Notes under the pieces: model-generated
What the model saw: the letters and a program-made list of their open reading frames with translations, nothing else
Database searches by the model: none
Told to the model about the DNA's origin: nothing
NCBI GenBank assembly: GCA_903913645.1
Contig: CAIWMA010000231.1
Coordinates: 1 to 60,390 of the forward strand
Length of the DNA: 60,390 nt
Source of the DNA: an uncultured Bacteroidales bacterium
GTDB taxonomy: Bacteria; Bacteroidota; Bacteroidia; Bacteroidales; UBA4417
Direction: 5' to 3'
In this document: positions 32,437-41,873 of the stretch, in pieces
Numbering within the stretch: the first letter of the stretch is position 1
How the letters are laid out: each line of letters begins with the position of its first letter
Program-made: the position numbers and the translations under genes

Positions 32437-34806
32437 ATGAAGGACAGTAACCTCAAAAGCAAGGTCGGCGTCCTCGGTGAGCGAGCACTGAGATTTTATT
32501 ACAGGATTAAATTCATTATTAAGGACTGGATCAGGATACCCCGTCAGGCCCCATTGTGGATGAAAGCGTTATTGGTTGGTATTTATGGCCTGGCATTCAT
32601 ACTTGTTCTCACTCTTGCTATTGATATCAATCTCTTTTGGTTATTTGGACGTTCACCGAATATCAGCGAACTTAAAAATCCCAATATCAGCCTGACTTCA
32701 GAAATTTTTTCGGCCGATGGAAAACAGATTGGAACCTTATTTACCGAAAATAGAACGCCAGCAGTATATGCGGATTTGCCCCTAAATCTTGTTAATACAC
32801 TGATAGCAACTGAAGATGTTCGATTTTATAAACATCATGGAATAGATATTAAAGCAACTCTTGCAGCCATGTGGTCGGTGATGCAAGGCGACAGGCGAGG
32901 CGGAAGCACCATCACACAGCAACTTGTCAAAAATCTGTTCAAAACACGTAAAGATTATTCTACCGGGCTTCTTGGATCCATTCCCGGGATATCAACACTG
33001 ATTAGTAAGGCTAAAGAATGGATTAATGCTTTTAAAATTGAGATGTATTATTCGAAGGATGATATTATAATGATGTATTTTAATACGGTTGATTTTGGAA
33101 GTCATGCATATGGAATTAATTCTGCAGCGTCTACTTTTTTCAGCAAAAAGCCAATTGAACTTACTTATAATGAATCAGCAGTGCTTGTTGGTTTGCTGAA
33201 AGCTCCTTCATCTTACAGTCCTGTCGCTAATCCTGAACGTTCAACATCAAGGCGTAACCAGGTAATTGGTCAGCTTGAAAAATATGGGTATATCAGCCAG
33301 TCTGAAAAAGATTCTCTCGTGGCGCTCCCGTTAAAATTGCATTTCCAGCGCAAGAGTTTTTCGAAAGGCAATATGACATACCTGCGCGATGCTATTGTCC
33401 GCGATTTGCAAGCCTGGAGTAAGGAAACCGGTAACGACGTGTGGACCGACGGACTAAAGATATATACAACTATTGATTCGAGAATGCAGAAATATGCCGA
33501 AGAAGCAGTAGCAGAGCATATGAGAAACTTGCAGCGTGTTTTCAACAAGGCCGGCGGTGATGCGGTAGTTCCATGGAAAGATGAAAACGGCAAAGATGTT
33601 CCTGGATATTTTATGAAGAAAGCTTCTGACTTGCCTCAGTACAAATTACTTGTAAAGCAATACGGCGATGGCAGCAATAGCATTCGTTTAGCATTGAGCG
33701 AAAAACATAAAATGAAAGTTTTTACTTTCTCCGGCGAACGCGATACTACTATATCAACACTTGATTCATTGAAATATTACCAGAAGTTTTTTCAGACAGG
33801 TTTTATGGCAATGGAGCCTAATACAGGTTTCGTGAAAGCATGGGTAGGCGGTATCAATTATAATTACTTCAAATTCGATCATGTTAACCAGTCCAAACGT
33901 CAGCCTGGATCACTTTTCAAAGCTTTTGTTTATGCTGCCGCATTCGACCAGGGTTATGGGCCTTGCGATATGATTACAGATCAGCCTGTTTCGATAAAAT
34001 ACACTGAAAATGGCGAAGAGAAGGAGTGGAGCCCTAAAAACGTCGACCGCAGTCATGCCGGAAGTATGACCCTGAAACACGCTTTTGCCCGGTCGGTAAA
34101 CTCTGTAGCTGTTCAGCTGGCACAAAAAATTGGATGGCAAAAAGTAATTGAATATGCTCATAAACTCGGAGTTGAATCGGAGTTGGCACAAGTTCCTTCT
34201 ATTTGCTTGGGCTCAAGCGACGTAAACCTGGAAGAAATGATTAATGCCTACTGTACCTTTGTGAATGATGGAAATCTGGTGAAACCGATTTTGGTTACAC
34301 GGATTGAAGACCGCAATGGAAAAGTTATATTTGAGTCCAAGCCGGAAAAGAAACAGGTTCTTCCGCCGGAAACGGCTTTCCTGATGAGCATTATGCTGAG
34401 GGCCGGACTTACCGAACCTGGAGGAACTACACAAGGGTTGTTTGAATATGACCTTTTCAGATATGGAACTGATTTTGGAGGTAAAACAGGAACCTCATCC
34501 GATTACACCGATGGCTGGTTTATTGGTGTTACACCAGGCCTGGTGGCGGGTTGCTGGGTTGGAAACGACGATCGCTCTATTCATTTCAAAACATCACATA
34601 TAGGTGAAGGCCTGCGCACGGCACAACCTGTTTATGGCAGGTTTATGGCAAAAGTGCTCAAAGACGAAACCTTGAAAGAATATAGGCAAAAATTTCCTAA
34701 GCCAACGATTAAAATTGTTAAAGATTATTCCTGCCAGACCCCTTATCCTAAGGCAGATTCACTTGCTGTTTCTGCTGATTCGACGGCAGTGGAAATTAGT
34801 GAATAG
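32437..34806 (+). CDS. Class A penicillin-binding protein (PBP1A; transglycosylase + transpeptidase)
   Basis: TEDVRFYKHHG, GGSTITQQLVKN, SxxK (QPGSLFK), SVN, KTGT. Confidence 0.93.
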   Translation: MKDSNLKSKVGVLGERALRFYYRIKFIIKDWIRIPRQAPLWMKALLVGIYGLAFILVLTLAIDINLFWLFGRSPNISELKNPNISLTSEIFSADGKQIGTLFTENRTPAVYADLPLNLVNTLIATEDVRFYKHHGIDIKATLAAMWSVMQGDRRGGSTITQQLVKNLFKTRKDYSTGLLGSIPGISTLISKAKEWINAFKIEMYYSKDDIIMMYFNTVDFGSHAYGINSAASTFFSKKPIELTYNESAVLVGLLKAPSSYSPVANPERSTSRRNQVIGQLEKYGYISQSEKDSLVALPLKLHFQRKSFSKGNMTYLRDAIVRDLQAWSKETGNDVWTDGLKIYTTIDSRMQKYAEEAVAEHMRNLQRVFNKAGGDAVVPWKDENGKDVPGYFMKKASDLPQYKLLVKQYGDGSNSIRLALSEKHKMKVFTFSGERDTTISTLDSLKYYQKFFQTGFMAMEPNTGFVKAWVGGINYNYFKFDHVNQSKRQPGSLFKAFVYAAAFDQGYGPCDMITDQPVSIKYTENGEEKEWSPKNVDRSHAGSMTLKHAFARSVNSVAVQLAQKIGWQKVIEYAHKLGVESELAQVPSICLGSSDVNLEEMINAYCTFVNDGNLVKPILVTRIEDRNGKVIFESKPEKKQVLPPETAFLMSIMLRAGLTEPGGTTQGLFEYDLFRYGTDFGGKTGTSSDYTDGWFIGVTPGLVAGCWVGNDDRSIHFKTSHIGEGLRTAQPVYGRFMAKVLKDETLKEYRQKFPKPTIKIVKDYSCQTPYPKADSLAVSADSTAVEISE

Positions 34807-34831
34807 TGAAAAGTGAATGGTGATAGTGAAG
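34798..34831. repeat. Heptamer tandem repeat (AGTGAAT-like, 5 units) overlapping the PBP stop codon
   Basis: agtgaat agtgaaa agtgaat ggtgat agtgaag. Confidence 0.6.
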
Positions 34832-34971
34832 ATTCCTGGATTTGCCCTTCACTTTTTAATCACTCAATTTTTACGATTTTAGGTGATGTAGAAAATAAAT
34901 TTAAGTAATGAATGAAACTATAAATATTTATAATTGTTAAAATTAATCCTTAATCATTAAAATCAGTACGA

Positions 34972-35478
34972 ATGCAAATCACAAAAAACACAGTAGTTTC
35001 TCTTAGTTATATACTGAAACGCGACGACGCGAAAGGTGAGATTATTGAAGAAACCAGGGTTGGCGATCCATTGGTATTCCTTTTCGGAAACGGCCAGATG
35101 CTCCCAAAATTTGAAGAACACCTTAGCACGCTTAAAACCGGAGACGATTTTGAGTTTACTCTTGCCAGCGACGATGCATACGGCGAAATGGACCAGGATG
35201 CTATTATAGACCTTGATAAGAGCATTTTTGAAGTTGACGGTAATATCGACCTTGAAATGCTTGCTATCGGCAATGTAATCCCTATGCGCGACGACCAGGG
35301 ACATATGATGCAAGGCACAGTTGTAAGTGTTGGCGATGCTCTTGTGCGCATGGATTTCAATCATCCAATGGCAGGTAATGTTCTGCATTTTAAAGGAAAT
35401 GTAATCGAAGTACGCGATGCTTCCGCTGAAGAACTCAGCCACGGTCACGTTCACGGCGCCGGCGGACATCATCATTGA
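34972..35478 (+). CDS. slyD: FKBP-type peptidyl-prolyl isomerase SlyD
   Basis: VVSLSY, FLFGNGQMLPKFE, AYGE, DFNHPMAG..LHF, His-rich tail HGHVHGAGGHHH. Confidence 0.9.
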   Translation: MQITKNTVVSLSYILKRDDAKGEIIEETRVGDPLVFLFGNGQMLPKFEEHLSTLKTGDDFEFTLASDDAYGEMDQDAIIDLDKSIFEVDGNIDLEMLAIGNVIPMRDDQGHMMQGTVVSVGDALVRMDFNHPMAGNVLHFKGNVIEVRDASAEELSHGHVHGAGGHHH

Positions 35479-35537
35479 TAAATAACACGCTCAGGATTTA
35501 ATATATCAGATTTCTGAGTTATTTTCACGGCTCAATT

Positions 35538-35591
35538 TCCCGGTTTGTAATATGGTAGCTTGAACTGCCAAAGGTACAGACCGGGATTTTT
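35538..35591 (+). terminator. Long hairpin with U-tract after slyD
   Basis: TCCCGGTTTGTA...TACAGACCGGGA-TTTTT enclosing an inner TGGTAG/CTGCCA stem. Confidence 0.6.
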
Positions 35592-35621
35592 CATTCAAAT
35601 TTTTATGATAATATTGATAAC

Positions 35622-35653
35622 AAAAAAAGAGGGTTACTTATGCGTAACCCTCT
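35622..35653 (-). terminator. Intrinsic terminator of the T9SS cargo gene
   Basis: - strand AGAGGGTTAC-GCATAA-GTAACCCTCT-TTTTTT. Confidence 0.85.
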
Positions 35654-35683
35654 CCAATAATTTCCATTTAGTTGTCCGACCAA

Positions 35684-38600
35684 CTATTGTTTAATAAACT
35701 TTTGAGTCTTTATCCCGCTTTTGCTGGCAATTCTAATGGTATAAATTCCATTTCGCAAACTTCCGATGTTGACATCTGAAGTATTAACCTGCTTATTAAC
35801 AACCATTTTCCCTTTTGAATCATATATATAAATCAGCGCATCCTGAACTTCTGAATTTAAGTATAAAGAATTAGTTGCCGGATTTGGGTAAACCAGGTTT
35901 TGATTCTTTTTCATATCTTTAATTCCGGTTGTATTGGCATCCTGAATAATTGTTAGTGTGATGGATGGGGCTTTTGTGTTCAGAAATGTGATCGTTACAA
36001 TGGCCGTTCTTGCTTCACCAGTAGTGTTTTCAGAAGCTGTAAACGTTAATAATCCATCGCCGGTACCAGAATTACTGCTTATTGTTAACCATTGCTGATT
36101 ACTTGTAGCTATCCAGTTGCTGTTTGAAATAAAGCTGAAAGTTGTTTTGCTTCCGTCTGATGCATCAACAAATAATGTGTTGGGTGAAGATTCCAGCACT
36201 CCAAGTGTTGCTATTATAGCTGTCAGATAGCCTTTGTATGGTGGATCAAAGTTTTGAAGTGTTAAAGCTGTTGCCCAGTTTACTGAAATACTTAATATAT
36301 CATCATCGAATACACTTAATGAACCCGTATTATCTCCCTGGTTATTGGGCAATGTTTTCAACCACTGAATCGCACCATCATTATTGTACTTGGTTACAAA
36401 TATATCGTATTGACCCACAGATTGATGCGCAATCCCTTGGATGACATAGTTGCCATTAATATATCCCCCTGCATAAATATTTCCTTTCTTATCCAAATCT
36501 AACCAGTCACCATAGTTGTACGAAAATGTATTTTTATACACCGCATCAGCCCATACTACTCCACCGTCTGAATTAATTTTAGTTAAATAGAACGAAAAGG
36601 CATTTCCGATTGGGTTTGTCAAGGTAGTACTTCCGAATGTGGCATTATTCTTGCATGAACCATAAAGATAGGAATTTCCCGCCGAATCGGTTTTTATATC
36701 TACTGGCCATCCATCGGCAATACTGCTGTTACCTGCCACACCGCCGTAAGTGAAAGCCCAAAGCGGAGTGCCATCCGGATTTATTTTTACCAGGACAGTT
36801 CCCGCGTCATTATTGGTTTGGGCTGCAGTAGCAGTGCCAAATACGAGTTGACTTGTTGTAGAGTTATACATTTCCCCGGCAAGATAAATATTATCTTCGG
36901 CATCGGTTGATACCATGGCACTATATACTACGTCAGCAACAGGATAGCCACTGGCCCACAAACAGTTTCCTGCAGCATCGAGTTTTATTATAAATACGCC
37001 ATCACTCGTTCCGGCATCGATAGTTTTATTGCCAACAGATAACAGATTTTTAAATTCTCCTGAAACAATTACATTGCCTGTTTTATCTGTAGCAATGCCA
37101 TAAATACAATGATTTCCTTCGGTTGCCAATTGTATTGCCCAAAGCACTTCGCCAGTTGAACTGTATTTTACTATATAACTGTCGTCAAATGTATCAGAAT
37201 TTGTGAAATCCTGTAAGCCAACTTTAACTGTCGTATTAAATCGGCCTGAAGTCAGCAGGTTATTGCCCTTGTCAAGGGTAAATTTTGGGCCATATATTAC
37301 AGCATTAGGCAACAAATCATTAATTTGATCAACCCACAATGTATTTCCCGATTTATCCAGTTTAAAATTGACTGTAGACCCCTGGTTGCTGTTAATTACG
37401 GTTCCGAAAAAATTGCTGAAACCTTGTACATAAGCCTGAACATAGGTGTTTCCAAGGTTATCGTGCTTCACATAGTTAATGTAATTATTACCAGCCTGGT
37501 GATTCGATGAACCTATATCCCAATCAGCACTTAAATTGTTATTATACTGAATTAATTTAAAATTACCTGTCTGGGCTATTTCATCCTGAAGAACAGGTAG
37601 AGTTGCAATAATTTTTCCGTTTGGAGTAACAACTGTGCGATTAACAGATGTGTATTGAAATCCATAGCCATTTACGGCTACTCCATTTTCATCGAATTTA
37701 AAAAGAAATTGAGATTGTTGCGGTACCGATATAGATCCAAAATTGAAAGTAGTTGCACCATAGTTAGAAATACCATATTCATAAATATTATTTGAATTGT
37801 CCTGAAACAAACGGTAAGCGTACATTTCTCTAGTTAAGGCTATGGCATCACTCGATTTAACCCATGCAAAGACAAAATTACTGTCGCATTTTGCAATATA
37901 TGTATAATGAGAAGCGCTTGGATTCGTGGTAGTTATAGTGTCCAATTTGAGAACTTTTGTGTAAGCGCCGGTAACCAAAATAGTTCCGGCGTTGTCAATT
38001 GCAAAATCGGCTATCGAAGAACCATCTCCCGCATTATAAGTTGATGATTGTGTTAACACTTCAGAAATTAATCTTGTGCCTGTTCCAACCGTATATGAAT
38101 AATTTAAGGTAAATGCTTTGGTAACGGGGTCATACTTATTAACTCCACTTTGTGTTACCGGATAAGTACTATAAGCACCAGAAATGGAGACTGTATTATC
38201 AGGATTAATTGATAAAATCAGTGTCCCAGAAGTGGCGGATAAATCTCCAACTGAAGTTGATAGTACATTTTCTTCTGTCCCGGTAACTGTTTTAGTTAGG
38301 TCAAATGTCCTGGTTCCTGTTGTTGGATGGATAAGTGTACCAACTGCATGGTAACTTCCTTCTTTAGTTGAGTTTGAATTTCCTGCAATTAATGTATTAT
38401 TATATATACCATCCAGGTCGGCTCTTGCCATAAATCCAGTGTTATATGCGTTTGCGCATGCTAAGTCGAATTTGCCGAAAGTTGTGGTTCCAGACTGCAA
38501 AGCCCCTCCTATAAATAAGTGAGGACCAAAAACACCTATTGCGTGCAAAGTCCTGTCAGGGTAGTTTTGCTCCCATTCTTTGACGCCTGAACTATTAAAC

Positions 38601-39151
38601 TTTAACAATGCTTTACTTTTGTTGTTCAGGTAACTATTGCCACTGTCATCAAACACTATTTTGCTGCTTCCTGTGCCTGAAGCGGCATAGGCAGAGAGCC
38701 AGAGCACATTGCCATCAGCATCCAATTTGGCAATAAATGCATTGTTTGTTGCATCAGATGCTATTGAGCTGCTACCCGACGAAATTGTGCCTGCAAAAGC
38801 GCCAACAACATAAATATTATGATTGGCATCCACTTGCATAGCTTCTGGTTTTACGTTTCCGTGTTCCATTCCATCAATCTGTTTTACCCATGCAACTGTA
38901 CCGGAACTGCTTAATTTAGTAAGGAATAAATCGGTTTGCCCGATACTGTTGTAAATAGTGTTATTAAACGTAATAGGTCCGCTGAAATAAGCTGCCAAAT
39001 ATACATTGTCGCCATCGGCGGCAACAACCCTTCCGGCTGGGAAGGCGTATGAGGTAGCTTGTAATACCCGCGTCCAGTCAGGTTCGGTTTGTGCGTTTAC
39101 CGTAATACCCGTAATTGTGAATGCAATAAGAAGTAGAAATAAATTTCTCAT
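35684..39151 (-). CDS. T9SS type A sorting-domain protein with SBBP-like beta-propeller repeats and a BACON domain
   Basis: Signal peptide VNA|Q; repeated D..GN.Y..G / F..K.D..G...W blades; BACON-like SNSNWIATSNQQWLTIS...NTTGEARTA; CTD VYPNPA...GIYTIRI...QKFIKQ. Confidence 0.88.
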   Translation of the reverse strand: MRNLFLLLIAFTITGITVNAQTEPDWTRVLQATSYAFPAGRVVAADGDNVYLAAYFSGPITFNNTIYNSIGQTDLFLTKLSSSGTVAWVKQIDGMEHGNVKPEAMQVDANHNIYVVGAFAGTISSGSSSIASDATNNAFIAKLDADGNVLWLSAYAASGTGSSKIVFDDSGNSYLNNKSKALLKFNSSGVKEWEQNYPDRTLHAIGVFGPHLFIGGALQSGTTTFGKFDLACANAYNTGFMARADLDGIYNNTLIAGNSNSTKEGSYHAVGTLIHPTTGTRTFDLTKTVTGTEENVLSTSVGDLSATSGTLILSINPDNTVSISGAYSTYPVTQSGVNKYDPVTKAFTLNYSYTVGTGTRLISEVLTQSSTYNAGDGSSIADFAIDNAGTILVTGAYTKVLKLDTITTTNPSASHYTYIAKCDSNFVFAWVKSSDAIALTREMYAYRLFQDNSNNIYEYGISNYGATTFNFGSISVPQQSQFLFKFDENGVAVNGYGFQYTSVNRTVVTPNGKIIATLPVLQDEIAQTGNFKLIQYNNNLSADWDIGSSNHQAGNNYINYVKHDNLGNTYVQAYVQGFSNFFGTVINSNQGSTVNFKLDKSGNTLWVDQINDLLPNAVIYGPKFTLDKGNNLLTSGRFNTTVKVGLQDFTNSDTFDDSYIVKYSSTGEVLWAIQLATEGNHCIYGIATDKTGNVIVSGEFKNLLSVGNKTIDAGTSDGVFIIKLDAAGNCLWASGYPVADVVYSAMVSTDAEDNIYLAGEMYNSTTSQLVFGTATAAQTNNDAGTVLVKINPDGTPLWAFTYGGVAGNSSIADGWPVDIKTDSAGNSYLYGSCKNNATFGSTTLTNPIGNAFSFYLTKINSDGGVVWADAVYKNTFSYNYGDWLDLDKKGNIYAGGYINGNYVIQGIAHQSVGQYDIFVTKYNNDGAIQWLKTLPNNQGDNTGSLSVFDDDILSISVNWATALTLQNFDPPYKGYLTAIIATLGVLESSPNTLFVDASDGSKTTFSFISNSNWIATSNQQWLTISSNSGTGDGLLTFTASENTTGEARTAIVTITFLNTKAPSITLTIIQDANTTGIKDMKKNQNLVYPNPATNSLYLNSEVQDALIYIYDSKGKMVVNKQVNTSDVNIGSLRNGIYTIRIASKSGIKTQKFIKQ

Positions 39152-39457
39152 TTTGAATAAATTATTTGTTTAACATGAATTGGATTAAATGTTAGCAAAC
39201 TATTCCCTAAGATTATCTTTTAGTTCGATACATGCTAACGTTTGAATAAACTCAGCAATTGAGGTATTCCTAGCTTTAAAAATGAAAAATGGAGCAGTAA
39301 TTTATAGCTGCATGAAATATACAAAAATTATAAATAAATAGATATGACTTTTGAAAATTATTATTCTCATCAGGTTTAAAGGTAATTTTCTTTTCTCAAT
39401 GTAGCCTTACATAAAGTTACTTTGACACTTGATTTGAATTTTGATTTGTAATACAAA

Positions 39458-40168
39458 CTAACCGTTTCCCAGCAAAAACACCGCTGGCCTTTTATGTAAT
39501 TCCGGTTTCTGCCTTTTCCATTCATTAATAGGCATACTTCTTATCCATTCGGTTTCGAGTGTAAGATCGGCTGCAATACAGAGTGTTAAAGATGAATTAC
39601 AGGTTTTTACTATACTTTCCAGCATTTGCAAATTGCGATACGGTGTTTCGATAAAAATCTGAGTTTGATTTCCTTTTAACACGGCATGTTCCAGTTCCCG
39701 AAGTGCTTTTATCCGTTCGTCAGGTTTTACGGGCAGGTAACCGTGAAAAACAAAATTCTGTCCATTTAATCCGGAGGCCATTAAAGCAAGCATTATTGAG
39801 GAAGGACCGGTAAGCGGAATCACCCTTAAGCCTTTACCATGAGCCAGCCGGACAGCAATGTTTCCGGGATCGGCAATACAAGGCAAACCGGCTTCGCTTA
39901 ATAGTCCAACATCCTGGCCGTTCATTGCATTTATAAGCATGCCGGCGGCTTCTTCATCAGGCGTATGCTCATTTAACATATAAAAGGTAACAGTTTCAAA
40001 ATCTTTCAGATAGCCTGCTTTCCGCAAAAACCTTCGGGCTGTGCGAAGTTCCTCCACAATGAAAGTATCGATTTTCTGAAGAACCTGCAGATTATAGGCT
40101 GGCAAGGCAGCGTCGAAACCGGTTTCTCCGAGCGGTGTTGGAATAAGGTAGAGGTTTCCTTTGTTCAT
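39458..40168 (-). CDS. SAM-dependent tetrapyrrole-methylase-family methyltransferase (RsmI-like)
   Basis: LYLIPTPLG, ARRFL, SEAGLPCIADPG, GPSSI, FHGYLP, FIETPYRN. Confidence 0.85.
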   Translation of the reverse strand: MNKGNLYLIPTPLGETGFDAALPAYNLQVLQKIDTFIVEELRTARRFLRKAGYLKDFETVTFYMLNEHTPDEEAAGMLINAMNGQDVGLLSEAGLPCIADPGNIAVRLAHGKGLRVIPLTGPSSIMLALMASGLNGQNFVFHGYLPVKPDERIKALRELEHAVLKGNQTQIFIETPYRNLQMLESIVKTCNSSLTLCIAADLTLETEWIRSMPINEWKRQKPELHKRPAVFLLGNG

Positions 40169-40248
40169 GGTTTGTATAGAGTAAAAGCGGAATTTTTGGT
40201 TTTTGAATATGAATATGAATTTTGATTTGGTTCCCCAACCCCCAACCC

Positions 40249-41205
40249 CTATTTCCAGGGAAGATGCATCAGATCCACATTTCCGCCCGAAATAATAATG
40301 CCGATCCGTTGCCCATCAAATCGTTGTTTGTGTTTCAAAACAATGGCTAAAGCTACAGCGGATGAAGGCTCAATTATTATCTTCATTCGTTCCCAAACCA
40401 GTTTCATTGCTTCGATAGTATCCTGGTCATTTACAGTTAAAATGTCGCTGACTAATCGCTGGATAATCGGGAAAGTTAGGCTGCCAAGTGAAGTCCGCAG
40501 TCCATCGGCAATAGTATCAGGATTAACTGACGGGATAAACTTTTTTTGATAAAACGATTGGTATGCATCGTCGGCACCCGAAGGTTCTGCTGCAATCACT
40601 TTAATTGAAGGTGAAAAATAGTGTGCCGACAGTGCGGTTCCACTAAGCAGGCCGCCTCCGCCTACAGGAGCAATAATTGTGTCAAGATCAGAAATATCTT
40701 CTATAAGTTCAAGAGCAGCAGTTGCCTGGCCTGTAATTACAGCGTAATTATTGTAAGGATGTATTTCGAAAGCATTGGTTTCGTTGAGTACTTCGTTCAG
40801 TTTTTCTTCGCGGGCTTCGAGGGTTGGTATACAGAATGTAATTTGCCCACCGTATGTTTTTACAGCAGCTACTTTAACTTTCGATGAGTTTTCGGGCATA
40901 ACAATGTAAGCCGGAATATTCTTAAGCTGGGCAGCCCGGGCAAGTGCTGCGGCATGATTGCCTGATGAATGTGTAGCCACACCTTGATTAATATCGAGCT
41001 GGTTAATACTGAATACGGCATTTAAAGCCCCACGCGATTTAAAGGCCCCTGCTTTTTGTAAATTTTCGCATTTGAAGAAAATTTTGGCTCCGGCAATTTC
41101 ATCTATCGCTCTGCTGGTTAATACCGGAGTATGATGGATATAAGGCTGTATGCGTTTGGCTGACTCTAAAATATCTTCTTTCCTAGGTTCGTGGTTGGTA
41201 TCCAT
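40249..41205 (-). CDS. PLP-dependent serine/threonine dehydratase or serine racemase family protein
   Basis: KCENLQKAGAFKSRGA, HSSGNHA, GGGGLLSG, EPSSA, SGGN; its start abuts the stop of the upstream phosphatase. Confidence 0.9.
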   Translation of the reverse strand: MDTNHEPRKEDILESAKRIQPYIHHTPVLTSRAIDEIAGAKIFFKCENLQKAGAFKSRGALNAVFSINQLDINQGVATHSSGNHAAALARAAQLKNIPAYIVMPENSSKVKVAAVKTYGGQITFCIPTLEAREEKLNEVLNETNAFEIHPYNNYAVITGQATAALELIEDISDLDTIIAPVGGGGLLSGTALSAHYFSPSIKVIAAEPSGADDAYQSFYQKKFIPSVNPDTIADGLRTSLGSLTFPIIQRLVSDILTVNDQDTIEAMKLVWERMKIIIEPSSAVALAIVLKHKQRFDGQRIGIIISGGNVDLMHLPWK

Positions 41206-41685
41206 TTATTTTCCTCCATTCCTTAATTGCAGCGCGATCAGTTCAATGGCACTATCAAGCAATTGGTAGGTTCGTTCAAATCCCTGCTCGCCTCCATAAT
41301 AGGGATCAGGAACTGGTTTGTTGCTGCCAGGATATGAAATATTTAATATGTAATCCACCTTCTTTAAGTATGTACTGTTTATAGCTGCGGATTTCACATC
41401 ATTAAAGTTGCCATTGTCCATTACATATATTCTATCGAATTCTTCAAAATCTGATTCTCTGAAAAGCCGTGAACGTTGGCTTGAAATATCAATTCCATGT
41501 TGTTTCATTGTTCTTGCAGCCCTGAAATCTGGAGCATCACCTGTATGAAATGGTTCGAATCCGGCCGAATCGACTTCCGCATGAAGTTTGTATTTTTCAA
41601 TTTTTGCCAGCAATATTCCTTCAGCCATTGGCGAACGGCAAATATTGCCAAGGCATACCATCAGTATTTTCACTGGCTGCGCCAT
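41206..41685 (-). CDS. Low-molecular-weight protein-tyrosine phosphatase
   Basis: P-loop VCLGNICRS, DSAG, VPDPYYG. Confidence 0.95.
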   Translation of the reverse strand: MAQPVKILMVCLGNICRSPMAEGILLAKIEKYKLHAEVDSAGFEPFHTGDAPDFRAARTMKQHGIDISSQRSRLFRESDFEEFDRIYVMDNGNFNDVKSAAINSTYLKKVDYILNISYPGSNKPVPDPYYGGEQGFERTYQLLDSAIELIALQLRNGGK

Positions 41686-41724
41686 ATTTTAATAGTCTAG
41701 ATTTGATGTTTAAGAACCGTAACG

Positions 41725-41732
41725 CAAAAATA
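41725..41732 (-). promoter_or_regulatory. -7 promoter element (TATTTTTG) upstream of the LMW-PTP gene
   Basis: + strand CAAAAATA about 40 nt before the start codon. Confidence 0.45.
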
Positions 41733-41813
41733 AGATTAAGTGTTCAATAAAATAGGAATATCTGAAGCCTTGAAAAGTAATTCCCTGTCAACCGCTAGTA
41801 GTATACTTAAACC

Positions 41814-41847
41814 AAAAAGGAAGCTATGATACCACAACCTCCTTTTT
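41814..41847 (-). terminator. Intrinsic terminator after dnaA
   Basis: - strand GGAGGTTGTG-GTAT-CATAGCTTCC-TTTTT, pairing with G-U wobbles. Confidence 0.75.
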
Positions 41848-41873
41848 GTATTTTAAATTGATTCTTCTAATGC

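Noticed and set aside
34963-35475. 170-aa antisense ORF covering slyD
   Set aside because: Shadow of the clearly recognisable slyD; no motifs of its own.
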